Assembly (NCBI RefSeq): GCF_009914755.1
Contig: NC_060941.1
Strand: one strand, 5' to 3'
DNA length: 64,000 bases
Origin: the human T2T-CHM13v2.0 reference genome, Homo sapiens
Below, piece by piece: positions 20,690-64,000 of this stretch. Within the stretch, counting starts at the first letter, position 1. Every line of letters starts with the position of its first letter. The notes beneath the pieces are model-generated. The model was not told where the DNA came from and made no database searches. It was given only the letters and a program-made list of their open reading frames with translations. The position numbers and the translations under genes are program-made.

Positions 20690-21080
20690 CATAGGATGCT
20701 ATTCTAGTTACCTACCACTGCTGTATTTTGCCAATGAATCTGCAATATGGGTAGGGCTCAGCAGGGACAGCTCACTTCTACTCCCAAAGGGGTGGACTGT
20801 GGGGAGCTGGAGGATCCACTTTCAAGATGGCTGTCTCACATAGCTCTCAATGCTATCAGTTTTTCTCCACATGGGCCTCTACACAGGGCAGTTTGGGCTT
20901 CCTCACAGCATCCCAAGAGAACCAAGAGGAAGCTGAATCATATGACCTAGCCTCAATTCCAAGGGAAGGGAACTAGCTCCCACCTCTCACCGGGAAGAGT
21001 CTCGGAATTACACTGTAAGAAGAACATGTGGGATGTGAGACATAATTGTGGGCATATTTAGAAAATACAATCCACCAGAG
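20690..21080. mobile_element. MaLR (MLT1-like) solo LTR relic
   Basis: MLT1-type blocks: gggctcagcagggacagctc...ttcaagatggct...tctccacatgggcct...ggcttcctcacagcat...atgacctagcctc. Confidence 0.55.
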
Positions 21081-21283
21081 ATGCACTGGAGGTAAAAGGG
21101 GGGTATCCAGCCCAGTCTAGGGTGGAGTGGAGGGGTGGTCTTTGAAGGGTTGTGTGTAGGGGAGACAGGGCATTGATACTTGAGCCTTTCTTGAAAGCCT
21201 AGGTTGGAATCTTGGCCCTATCATTTATTCAATTCATTAAAATGATACTGAGCATCTGTCAGGCACAGTCCTGGAAACTGTGA

Positions 21284-21732
<449 letters not shown>

Positions 21733-21759
21733 CGCCACGGGGAACTTTTAAAGTTCCCA

Positions 21760-22250
21760 TGTTAAAAGTCTTCAAAGGCAACCTACTTCTCTTAAGATGA
21801 ACTTAGAAACCCTTACCATGGTCCAGAAGGTAAGATTTGGCTCTTTCAGGCTCTTCTTTGTCTCCCACGTTGGCCTTTCAGTTTCTGAAATGCCCCCCAA
21901 GCTTTGCATCAGAGCCTTCCTACATGCTGTTCCTCTGTGTGGAACAATCCACCCACCACTCTTCAGTTGGCCACCTGGCTCCTTAAAGTTGCTTAAATGA
22001 CACTTTATCTGATACCTCCAGTTATGTCAAGTCCCTTAACACGCCCTCCCCAGGGTGTTCTGAAATGTCATAATTATAATTAAAATATTTAGTGTAATTC
22101 ACTGTTTAATGTCCATTTTCTTCCCTTCTTAGACTGTAAGTACCATGGGGGCAGGGGCCACAGCTCTCATTTATGAAATACTCAGCCCTAGCCCAGTGCC
22201 CAGCCCAGAGCAGTCACTCAATAAATACAGAATGAACAAATATTTGGTGA
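21760..22250 (+). mobile_element. LINE-2 3' fragment
   Basis: L2 3' signatures (gccttcctacatgctgttcctctg...tagactgtaag...cactcaataaata...gaatgaa). Confidence 0.6.
21817..21884 (-). other. NAA38: Predicted minus-strand exon ending in ATG (long NAA38 isoform), exonised from L2
   Basis: Acceptor catttcag| and donor accATG|gtaagg. Phase 0 matches NAA38 exon 12524 (GAT TCG...). Confidence 0.6.
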
Positions 22251-22259
22251 ATGCTACAA

Positions 22260-23760
<1,501 letters not shown>

Positions 23761-24459
23761 CTGCAGAAAGGAGGAGTGTTCTGGCTTTATAACCATGCAC
23801 AGAATATTTAAATACCTTCCTTTGGATTCCATTTCTTCAACCATAAAATACAGATAATAGAAAGTAAGATGACAGTAGGGCAACAGGCAAGACCCAGGAC
23901 ATGGTACCCTAAAAAGATGCTACCTTATAGTGTTGTTGAGAAGATTAAATAAGGAATGGGAACCTGCCCAGCACTATAAAGAGTCCTTGGAAAAGACACT
24001 CAGAAAACCTTAGTTTTCTTTCCCATTCCTTGTGCTAGCCATTCTTTATTTAGTAATGAATCCTCCCCTCAGGATTTTGAGATTTGGCATTTTTCAGCAT
24101 CCAGGTAACATCTCTCATGATTAGAAAATTACAGACCGTATCTGTGACTAACATTCAGTTTCCAACCTAACAATAGTGTTTATTCCTCCATTAGGAGAAG
24201 TTTTTGAGTCAAGTAAAATATGGTTTGTTTCATATCATGCCAGAATTGAGCTTCTTTATACAGTGATGGAAAGCAAGGGAATGGGGCCAACTACTGGGAG
24301 AAGAGTAACTAAAGTCAGTCCTTTGCTCCTAAAGGATTTTAAGGTGCTTAAGCTCGTAACTCAGGTTGTGAATCTTCTCACCTTGCAGTCATCTTAAGTG
24401 AACCTCTGAAGAGAGAAGTGGCTAACAGTAAACTTGATGGTTTAGAATGCAGCTACCAA

Positions 24460-24680
24460 TTATCGAGTACCTTATTACAGCCAGTGCTTTATGTAAGTTA
24501 GCTCACTTAAACCTCACCACAACCCTTTGAGATAGGCATTAATACACCATTTTACAGATGGAGGAGCTGAGACTTGAGGGATAAATAGCTTGCCCAGGGT
24601 CATAGTTATTAAGTGGCAGAGCTTGGATTCCAGGTGCTACCTTTCTGACACCAAAGCTCAAACTCTTCCTCTAATGAAGT
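24460..24680. mobile_element. MIR
   Basis: MIR core: cattttacagatg...gctgagact...ttgcccagggtcatag...ggcagagc. Confidence 0.65.
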
Positions 24681-24805
24681 GAGTGGATAACTTTATTATT
24701 GACTCTGGGATACATTTTAGGAGTTCTACAGTTTTGGAATATAGAATAAGTTGATTTTTAATGTATTAATTATATCTCATTCAGTCTGAAATAAAAATGA
24801 TGCTC

Positions 24806-25121
<316 letters not shown>

Positions 25122-25439
25122 TTACAGACTGGAGTGCTAGATGGTGAAAGGGCCCAAGAGCAAGTGAAGGGGTAAGAGGAAGCCAGTGTGGGTTAGCATT
25201 TCCCATGACAAATTTATAACCTAAAGGATAGTTAATCAGCTGGGAAAAGTGTGCAATTCTGCTGGAACAACTGGGGCTTGAAAACAGATGAAAAGCAAGA
25301 TACTTCTAGCTGGCCAGCCAACAGAAAACTATTAAGAAATTGTTAAAAAGCAATGTCAAATGGGAAAAAGTTTGGTTTTTGCCATTTTGTATAGGATTAT
25401 TCAGTTTCCATCACAGTGGTCAATCGAAGAAGATCTACA

Positions 25440-25612
25440 GCTGGGCATGGTGGCCCCTGTGCTTGTAACCCCAGCTACTCCAGAAGCTGAGGTGGGAGGA
25501 TTGCTTGAGCCTGGGAGGCAGTTACTGCAGTGAGCTGAGATCATGCCACTGCACTCCAGCCTGGGTGACAGAGGAAGACTCTGTCTTAAAAATAAAATAA
25601 AATAAAATAAAT
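25440..25612 (+). mobile_element. Alu right-arm monomer
   Basis: gctgggcatggtgg...gactctgtct + (TAAAA)n tail. Confidence 0.8.
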
Positions 25613-25921
25613 TTTTAAAAGCAGATCTAAAAAACTTGCAGAAGGCAAAGACAACAATTACAACAATTTTAGGCTTACATCTTCCTCCTTCTGATTAAGA
25701 TGATATTCCTTACTCAGTGAGAGCAAGGAAATGGATTTAGCTAAAAGGCAGCAATAGAAGGATGAGCAGACCAGATAAAATCTTTTAATCAATTAAAAAA
25801 CAAAAAATCTTTTAATCGAAAAGATATATTGCAGTATTTGGGTTCTTTATTAGGTACTGGAGGTACAGAGAACTATTCCATAGCTCAGAAGTTGAGTTAC
25901 TTCTATTTTAAAATTTATTTA

Positions 25922-26352
<431 letters not shown>

Positions 26353-26989
26353 AGAAATTATTTTTCTAAAAAGATGCCACACCATCATATCGAGCTAAGC
26401 ACATCTAGAAACAAATTCATTATGGCCTCTTAAAGCCAGCTTCTTTCTCAATTGCTATTAACAATGTCCAATTCTTGAGCCATCACATCATCTAATTTTC
26501 TTTTTTCAGGTCTACTGTGGTCCATGAGTTTAGGCATAAATGCCCACCTCTCAATAGCTCTGACCTTGAGCAAGATATTTAACCTCCCTTTGTCTGTTTT
26601 CTCATCTGTAAAATGAGTATTAGGATACTTTCTACTTTATAAGGTTATTGAAAGGAGTGAGTGAGTTAGTACATATTAAGTACTTAGTTCCTGGATGCAG
26701 AGTAAAACTCAATAAAAGTCAGCAATCATCATCCTATTGTTCATCTTTTGTACATATACTTTACTACTTTTGTATTTTTTTTCTATTGGTCTTTTTCTTA
26801 TTGTTGATTTCTATGACATCTTTATTTCATCAAGAATACAAACACTAGCTCGCTATCTTCCTTTATACCCCCTTACTCCTGCTGTAATACAATACTGGAG
26901 TAATCCTGGAGCCAGTACCCGACCCCAGCAGCTTCTTGATCACTGAAGAAATAGGAAGTAGATCTCTGGTGGGCCAGGTCTAAAACGTT

Positions 26990-27338
<349 letters not shown>

Positions 27339-27694
27339 TAATTTTGTAAGCCCTGGTTTCCTGGATAAAGTATCTTTCTGAGCTAGAGTAGTTTCTGTTA
27401 TCTCTGAGCTCTATTAGAGCACACAGTATTTACTGAATAAAATGGTCTGTCATTAATGGCACAAATATTTTCCTAGCTAGTCTTTTAACTTTATGTTTTC
27501 TTACACAGTAAAATTTAGTTTCATTGAGTTAAATCTATCCACGTTTTCCTTTAAAGCATCCACGTTGATGCTTGTTGTACGCTTAAGGCCTTTTTCACCC
27601 CCAAGATCAGGAAAATATTCACCCACACTTTTTATATCTCATTCTAGTTCTCTAAAAAATTTTTTGGTCTTGCTGAATTGAGCAGAATTACATT

Positions 27695-27985
27695 TTTTGT
27701 TTTGTTTTGTTTTTTGAGACGGAGTCGCTCTGTTGCCCAGGCTGGAGTGCAGTGGCACAATCTTGGCTCACTGCAACCTCCGCGTTCAGGTGATTCTCCT
27801 GCCTTAGCCTCCTGAGTAGCTGGGATTGCAGGCATGCGCCACCACGCCCGGCTAATTTTTGTATTTTTAATAGAGACGGGGTTTCACCATGTCGGTCAGG
27901 CTGGTCTTGAACTCCTGACCTTGTGATCCGCCCACCTCGGCCTCGCAAAGTGCTGGGATTATAGGCCTGAGCCGCTGTGCCCGGG
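27695..27985 (-). mobile_element. Alu
   Basis: Reverse dimeric Alu with (TTTTG)n tail. Confidence 0.9.
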
Positions 27986-28149
27986 CAATTTTTGTTTTTA
28001 ATGTCACTATTTAATCCATCTGAAAACTACTTTAGTAAATGGTAAGGATCTACCTTTTATATTTTCACAAATAGTTTTCCATTTATCAATTATGCATCAT
28101 TATTTATCAATAATCCTTTGCCCCACTGATTTAAAGTATCACCTTTGCC

Positions 28150-30963
<2,814 letters not shown>

Positions 30964-30984
30964 GTTTGTATTAAAAAGAAATTC

Positions 30985-31535
30985 AGATAGAATTAATATA
31001 CCTTATTCACCATTTTAAAGTGAATTCAGGGGTTTTTAGTATATTCACAAGGCTGTGCAACTATCACCATTATCCAGAATTCCAGACATTTCCATCACCC
31101 CCAAAAGAAACCCCATATCCATTAGCAGTCCCTCCCATTCTTCCCTTCCCTGAAACCTGCACAACCACAGATCTACTAGTTGCCTATTCTGGACATTTCA
31201 TATAAATGGCATCAAATAATATGTGGCCTTTTATGTCTAACTTCTCTTACTTAGCATAATGTTTTCAAAGTTCATCCATCTTATAGCATGTATCAGTATT
31301 CCATTCCTTTTTACGGCTGAATAATATTCCATTGTATGGATATACTATATTTATCCATTCATCAGTTGATGGATATTTTTGTTTACACTTTTTGGCTATT
31401 ATGAATAATGCTTCTATGAATATTCATGCACAACTTTATGTGTGGACATATGATTCAATTATCTTGGGTGTACACTTAGTATTGAAATTGCAAGGTCATA
31501 TGGTAGCTCTATATTTAACTTTTTGAGGAACTGTC
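30985..31535 (-). mobile_element. L1M-type LINE-1 3' UTR fragment
   Basis: Classic reverse L1M 3' text (ggacatttcatataaatgg...gctgaataatattccattgtatggata...tttaactttttgaggaact). Confidence 0.8.
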
Positions 31536-33789
31536 AGTTTGTACTCTTCTTGATTCCCACGAAGCATCTAGTATCAATGATCATGCCTTCCTTCTGAAGC
31601 TGTCTGCCTACTCTACCATAACAACACTACCTGGTACACTTAACACTTGAACAACTTGTTTTTCTTTGGCTACTCCATCCTTCAAAGTTCCCCCAAGGTT
31701 CTGACCTCTACTCTTCACTTGATATACTAAAATTCTTACCCTTTAAAGAGGTACTAACTCCTACTATAACCTATCATGAACTTACCACTCCAGCCATATG
31801 AGGTCTACATACTACCTACTAAATTCTTTCTTATCCCACCTAAACTGCCCTTTTACTTCCTCTTTGCTATACAAATCTCAGTTATTTGGGAGCTAACCTC
31901 AAATGCAACTACATATGAAAGTTATTTACTTGCTTCCCCCCTCCCAACCAAGAAAGAGCTTTCTTCTCTGAATGCTGATTTTACAGCCCATAACCATCAT
32001 CACAATCATATACTGCTACTTAGGTTTTTATATCTGTTTTAAGTCTTTATCTCAAAAAATGTCCCTCCTCCCTTCACCTAGTCAATCTCTTGATCACTAA
32101 AAAATTTTCAAATTGCTTTATAAGATGTACAATTAAAAAATAATTTCCCCTTCCCAGTGGCAACTACTGTGGTTTCCTGTATATTCTTCCAGGAATATTC
32201 TATGGATATTCACATATTTTTTTCTTTCATAAATGTTACCATGTTATATATGCTCTTCTGTACTTTCCCTTTTTCCCTCTCATATTTTAATTATTCTTTA
32301 AAGTGGAACCTCACTAATGTTTTAAAAACCCTAACTACATTACATCTACTGATTGTACTTTGCTTACACATTTTTCACTTCAAAGAACCAGAGATTCATG
32401 AGGAATTATTTCTTTAGAGAAGTCATACTACTTTTTATCCCATTTGGCTCCAGTTGCTAACGTAATCAATGAAGCTACTTAATTTTGTTTACATAAATAA
32501 TAAATACTTTCTCATTGTAAAAATTCAGAATTATCAATGAAGCAAACAATCCCCCTTGACTATTTTTTCCTGAAAGTAACCAATGTTACCAGTTTGGTAT
32601 GTACACTTCCAGCATTTTTAAAAGCATTTAAATCCAAATAAATGTATCAGTAAAAATATTATTGTTTTAATTTCTTTAAACATAAACTAAATGATGTCAT
32701 TTTTTTTTTTTTTACAAGTTGCTTGTTTCCATTCAACAATATATTAACCATGTCTCTACATACAGAAGTAACTCATTTTTCTTTTTTCTTTTTCTTTTTA
32801 ATGGCCTGCGACACAGCCCCAGGAAATCCTGAGAACATGTGCCCCAGTAACTCCTTTTTCTTAACTGCTGTGTAGTTTGTTTAGCTATTCCTTACTGTTG
32901 GAGATTTAGGGTGTTTCCAGTTTTTTGCTGTTACAAACAGTGTTGTAATGAATAGCTCTGTAATGTCACCCTATGCATAAGTATGGTGACTGTTTCTCTA
33001 TAATAAATGGTGAGAAGTGGAACTCTGTGTCAAAAAACACTAAGTTTATAAGTATAACACATACTATTAAATTGGCCTTGCTAGTTTTGTGGCATAGTTG
33101 TTATAGTTAATAACAGTAATATATGTGACCATCAGTTTCACATATTAGTGTCCTTTAAAACTCTAGGACATCTCATTGACTTAAAACTCATGTAGTATAT
33201 AGTAGAAGAACACTAGATTGGAAACCGAAAGATAAAAGTTCAAGTCCTGGTTCTGTCTCTAACTACTAACTTGATCTTAGGTAATCCTTTCAATATCTAG
33301 GCCCCAGTTTCTATACCTATAAAATTAGATTAAAGTGATATTTTCTAAAATATGTACCTATATTATTAGTAGCATGCAAGATGCTTTTACTTTTATTGAT
33401 TTTTATTTTAACAATATTGCATTTTAAATTAGAAAGAAAAACATAATTACAGTATCAAATTAAAGACTTATGAATATTATTTCTAGCAATATAAAATTTA
33501 CCTTTTAAAGAACATTCATTTAAGTTAAAGAAAGGTGAGTGATTTAAAGAAAAATAGTATGCATATAATGGTATAGCTGATATATAGATATGGCAAATCA
33601 TGAATATGATATATGAAGGACTGAAGTTTCCTCCTTGATAAAATCAAGAACAGGTTAGATTAAAGCAGTAAATCCTAGACTTTTAGATTTTAATGATCAA
33701 TAAAATGTAAAAAAAAAAAAAGTTAGTGATCAACATGGGGTTGCTGACTTTTCATTGTGCTGAGTAAGGACATTAAGAACAACAAAATT

Positions 33790-34091
<302 letters not shown>

Positions 34092-34694
34092 TTATAAAAG
34101 AAGTACATGTTGAAAATTTTCAGATTGTACAGTAAGTATAAAAAGTCATTTTCTTATTCTTTTCCTCCCCCTTCCCCACTAAAATCTACTCACATTCTGC
34201 CATACAGATCTATCTCAGCTTTAGAAAGGAAGTTTTTAACATTATAAATATGTATATGTGTATATATGTTTAATAATATGTAACATAATTTATAACATAA
34301 AATATAAGCATATATACATATATTTATCCTATATAAATATACTGTATACTATATTTATTCTATGTAAAAATATATATCAGAAATATATCCTCTCAGAATA
34401 AAGGACAGACTTTTCCAGTAAAGGACATGTGGCAACCTTTCTTAGCCATTTGAGAACCACTGATTTATAAGACCTTCCATCTCTAAAATACTATGATTAG
34501 GTCTAGACTATCCTGAGTATTTACATGCCTTTCATTATTATCACTGACCTACATATTTCAAAAGACAATTAGGAATCTCTTTAACATATCCTTGGGTAGA
34601 AAATCATAGATTGCAAGTGTTTTTTCAGTCTTTTACTCTGCTTGTTGTATGAGTACATGTCTGTGCTCTATCACTGATTATCACTGGTTCCCTA

Positions 34695-34835
34695 CATCAG
34701 AGTTTTAACCTGGGGTCCAAGACTTCAGGGTATTCGTAACACCGTGAAAACATATGTGACATTTTGTGTGTATTTTTTTTTTCTGGAGAAAGTTTCTAAC
34801 TTTCTACGATCCTAAAAGGTTAGAAATTATTGCTT
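34695..34835. mobile_element. hAT-Charlie MITE (MER103-like)
   Basis: ttaacctggggtcc...ttcaggg...tgaaa...attttgtgtg...ttctggaga...aaaggttagaa. Related copies at ~18950-19065, ~46478-46640 and ~57345-57510. Family assigned from memory of the consensus. Confidence 0.5.
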
Positions 34836-35039
34836 TAGATATGTTTCTTGCTTTTGCGTTAAATAATCTTATTCTTGGCTTGAGAGTCCCTTAAAAATTT
34901 TTCTTCATTTGCATTTCACAGCTGAATATTTGAGTTCTTTGTTCTCACCTTAATAGTCTTCTCATTAAAACAAAAAAAATATTCTCCTGTACCCATTAAT
35001 CATAAGGAATTTAAATTTTTTATTTAATTTTTATTTTTT

Positions 35040-38000
35040 GAAGTACTGAAAGACAGAAGAAGGCAGAGACTGATGCCCCACAATGAAAGTGACAGGCAGG
35101 GAGACAAGCAGCTAGACAGTGAGACACACAGGCATAGATAAAAGGCCTAACGACAGAGAGACTACACAGGCAAAAGAAATATAGAGAAACCTGGAAACAC
35201 AGAAGGAGAGATGCAAGAACTGAGCAGACAGAGAAGAGGGATGGCAGAAAAATAGGCTGGCAGGGAGGGAATGGAGATTGACTGACAGAGAAGGCAGGCA
35301 AAATCACCAAAAGGGATGCAGACAGGCAAACAGAGAGAGAGAGAAAGAGAGAAGAAGGGAAGACAGATAAAGGAAGAAAAAATAAGGTAAGAAGGAAGAC
35401 AAAGTGATAATGGTGTTTTATACAACATAGTGCTTTATAATTTATAAAGTGCTATCACATACATTACTGCAGGCAGACAGGGAGAATCCAGCAGACAGAT
35501 GGGGTGATGGAAGGATACAGGCCAATCAGACAGAAGAGAGGGGAGAGGGCCAATCAGAAAAAGAGGCTAGAATAGAGATCAAGACAGACAGATAAGAAGA
35601 AAGAACCAAGAAAAGAGAAGTAAGAGAGGGAAAGAGGGAAAGAGTGGAGAGACACAAAGATAGAGGCTGAAACAGTTAAACTCAGGAAAACAGGCAGTAA
35701 AAAAGCAGAAATGAAAGAACAGTGCATTGTGTGTAGAAGTTTTATTATCATCTTTTTCAAAGAGACCTGGTTAGAGGTTGTGTCTTTGTCTCCTTCAAAG
35801 AGTTATAAAATGTCTCTAAGGTGGCATGTGAGTGGAGCCAGAAGGCTTTAATCAGGAGAAAGCTTTTTAGACTAGGAGGAAGACAAACTTCTTAGGCCTA
35901 GGTCGACAACCTAAAGGATCTGGATTCACATGACCTTACAGAATTCATATAGACTAAGTGAGAAAGCAGGGCAGTCCTCTACCTACTCTGTGTGCATGTA
36001 AGCTCAGCTTACTGTTACTTATTAACAGTGCCTATATTTATAGGGTACTTTTTAGTACTACCGGTGCTTTCATGCCTTCTCCAATACACATTTCAGTGAT
36101 GAAGCGACCAACAAAGATGTCTTGCTGGCATCAGACCACTTACCATGCAGAGTAGACTACATTTGGAGAGAGTAAAGCCTTCCTGAGCACTCCTCAAGTA
36201 CTGGTAGTGAACGCATGCAACCAGTAACTAGTCAATCCAAAAGACACGTGCTTTGGGTAACACTTGGTAGAATCAAAAAGACCAGAGATGGCAAGCCCAG
36301 CCAAGTTAGTTAGGAGTACTGACAGACTGACAGAGGAAGGAGCATCCAGAAAAACTGGAAGAAAAGTAGGGAGGAGTACAGCAAAACACAAGCAAAAGCA
36401 AGCAAGCAAAAAGACTTGTATATGTGTAGACTTTTCTCTGGAGCAGTATCCAGGAAATGTGAAACAGTGGCTGCTTCTGAGGAGAGGAACTCCGGGACTA
36501 GGGGAGAAGGATGGGAGACAGGTTTACTTTTCACAGTACACTTTCTGTACTTTTAAAATGTTGTACCATAAGTATGTACTACCTATTTAGAAGTTAACTG
36601 GGAAAAAGAAACAAAAGAAGAGAGAAAAGCAAGAAGAGACGTGGACAGCAAGAGCCTGCCAAGCAGACAGCAAAAAGGCAGGAAGGCAGCGAGAGACTGG
36701 GAAAATGGCAAAAAGACTGAGACAGGCAGACTGTCTGAGGAACCAGAAAGACAGAAAAAGAGATAACTGAAATAAAGGCAAACGTGAGAGAAGGCAGGGT
36801 AGGGGATGTGGCAAGAAGTTAGATAAGACTTTGAGGCAAAGGGGTTACTGAGAGGTTTAGGGGAGAGAGACTATCCTCATTGATGGAAGTTGGCAGAGAA
36901 GAAGCAAAGGAAGAAAAAGCTGGTAAGTATGAAGACTAAAGAGAGAAAAGCCTGAAACGGTGGGATAGCAGCAAACAGGGTAGACAGGCAAGAGAGATCT
37001 AAAGGGAGGCAAGGGAAAAGGAGGAACTTAACAGGCACAAATAAGAGAAGGAACAAGCAGAAGGGCAAGAGAAGAGGCAAACCAAGATGGGGAGCCGTGG
37101 CAGGGCCTGGAAGGTAGACAAACCGAGAGATGCAGGCTAAAAAAGTGATAGAGACAGGCAGGCGGGGAGACAGATGGCTAGAGAGAGAGTGGTGGGCAAA
37201 CAGCCAGAGAAGCAGACAGACAACCAGAGAGGAAAAAGAGGCTGCCAGCCAGTCAGGGAGGAGCAGACAGGCAGGCAGGCAGACACCATAACAGGAGCAA
37301 GCAGGTAAAGAGGCAGAAATAAGGAGAGAAGAAGAAAAATCAAGAGGTCAGGAGAGAGAGAGAGAGAACAGAAAGAGATGCAGACAGGCAAAAGGGAGGA
37401 TGGATGAGAGGGAGAATAAGGCAAATTAGCAAATCCACATGCAAAGCACACTCAAGAGAGAGAATGATGAGTGTTTGTATAGGGATGCACACGGCCACCT
37501 TTAGCCACCCGCACCTGCAGATCATGGCACATGTGGCAAGCAGAGGCTCTCAGTATAGGGAGAGGGCACAGAGGCAGAGAGGCTGCGGCGCACATGATGC
37601 GCAGTGTGGCCCACATACACGTGGAGACACTTCCCATACACAGTATGATCCACAGACACACACAGAAGGGGCCAGAAAGAGGGGGAGTCAGGCACACATG
37701 AGGAAGAGCCACACACAGTCAGAGACTGGAAGACAGAAGTAAGCAGAAAGAAGACAGAGATGGAAAGTCACGTAGAGGTGACAGAGCCTGAGGGTCCAAG
37801 GGATGAGAAGGATAGTCTCAGTTAAAAACAAAGACATAAATAGAGAGAAGCCCACAATATAGAAAGGGGGGGATAACCAGATGAACTAGTAAAGAGGGAC
37901 AGAGAAAGAAGACAAGAGAGCAAAATCGACAGGAAAACTGGAAAAGGAGGAGGAGTTAGACTTAGTACAGAAATGATGTGGGAACCGAAGCAAGAGAATT

Positions 38001-38040
38001 CCAAAGGCCAGGTTAAAAAAAAAAGAGATGGAAACCAACA
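35040..38040 (+). repeat. Long purine-skewed (AGAC/AGGC/GA-rich) low-complexity tract
   Basis: Blocks 35040-35720, 36590-37430 and 37720-38040 are dominated by A/G on +, with recurrent agacag/ggcag words. Confidence 0.85.
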
Positions 38041-38562
38041 CCCAATAAAGTGCATTAGTGTGGGGAGTGGAACATTAATAAAGAACATTTTAGCTTCATA
38101 AACAAAAATGTGCGTCATCTTCCCAGTCACTAATACTTTCTGGTTGCTGCCCACCTACCCCTCCCTCTCAGGGTGCTCCTGAGCACCGCCGAAGATGGGT
38201 GGCCAGCAGTTACACTGGAGAGGTAGAGGAATAACCCAGAGAGAAATGATTCCACAGGCATGGAATGGGAAGCAAGGGAAGGGGCAAAGGGAGATCAAAG
38301 GAATGGGAGGAAGCTAGAGTAAGAAAGGGTCAACAAGAATGAAAGAGGGTAGAACTGAGCTATTTGCCCTCCTTCCTTTGCTCCATTTGGCAAGGATCAT
38401 TTTCTGTCTAGACCTCTCTGGGCAAATCTCTGTATGAGAAAGCTACTTTGGGACTCCTTTCCAACTGTCCAATTCCTGGTACCACTTTACCATAAACACT
38501 GGGGTACAGTTGGAAATCACAGGTCAGAAAGTTAGATGAAAACGCCTGGGTATAACCCCTAC

Positions 38563-38663
38563 CTCTGCTTTTTCTCAGTTCCAGCTCCTTTCTCTTTCAC
38601 GGTACCTCAGTTGCTTCTACTTTATCGGATAGTGTTGGAGATCATGGAGGGAAGGCAAATATA
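38563..38663 (-). other. NAA38: Predicted minus-strand 5' UTR exon of a long NAA38 isoform
   Basis: Strong acceptor ttctcttttcttccgtttcag| and donor gag|gtaggg; 101 nt. Confidence 0.6.
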
Positions 38664-39099
38664 CTGAAACGGAAGAAAAGAGAACATAATTTCACGATCT
38701 TCAGATTTGACTCTTTCCTCTTTATCCTAAAAATTTGTTGTTTACCCCCCAAATTAATTTCTCAAGTCAGTTGAATTTTACATTCTAACAATTGGAGGAG
38801 GGGAAAGCGAGGGAAAGGGGAAAAGAGTAAAGATAAAATTTATAACAATTATAAATCACTGAAAAGGCTGGGTAAAGGGGAGAATCAAACATGGACTCCT
38901 TTGAAAAAAACTCAATCATCGTATCTATTCATATCTCTCCCCCAAAAGTCACTAGGATTTCTATCACTTTTTTTAAAGAAAGCAGAAAAAAATCCAGTCC
39001 CGCTTCTCATTTAAAAGATATGTACACAATTAAATGCGTTGTGACTTCAATGAGGTATGTAGAAACAGAGTTATATATAAACATATATTTCATCTTTTT

Positions 39100-64000
<24,901 letters not shown>

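Overview
This is human (primate) genomic DNA; gene content and order match chromosome 17p13.1. On +, it holds the complete coding region of KDM6B/JMJD3 (872-8845), TMEM88 (10401-11040), CYB5D1 (13461-14938) and exons 1-35 of CHD3 (40139 to past the window end). NAA38/LSMD1 (12057-12789) is on -. All exon chains were rebuilt by hand from splice sites and keep phase. Between 15.5 and 35 kb lies Alu/L2/L1/MIR/MaLR/hAT-rich sequence, followed by a ~3-kb purine-skewed tract and the CHD3 CpG island with (CCG)29. Main observations: (1) CHD3 intron 28 holds a composite box C/D + H/ACA scaRNA (SCARNA21) whose two domains target adjacent U12 snRNA residues G18 and U19, and the host gene has a U12-type intron 2.2 kb downstream. 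(2) Minus-strand exons at 38563-38663 and 21817-21884 (the latter an exonised L2 ending in ATG) outline a ~28-kb antisense NAA38 transcript that would start in the CHD3 island and encode a 99-aa isoform. (3) A chain of phase-compatible exon-like segments on + (18.2-19.3 kb, also 24-25.4 kb) may be a decayed or unannotated gene. (4) This haplotype carries long repeat alleles. No foreign or prokaryotic insert, CRISPR array, tRNA or rRNA was seen.
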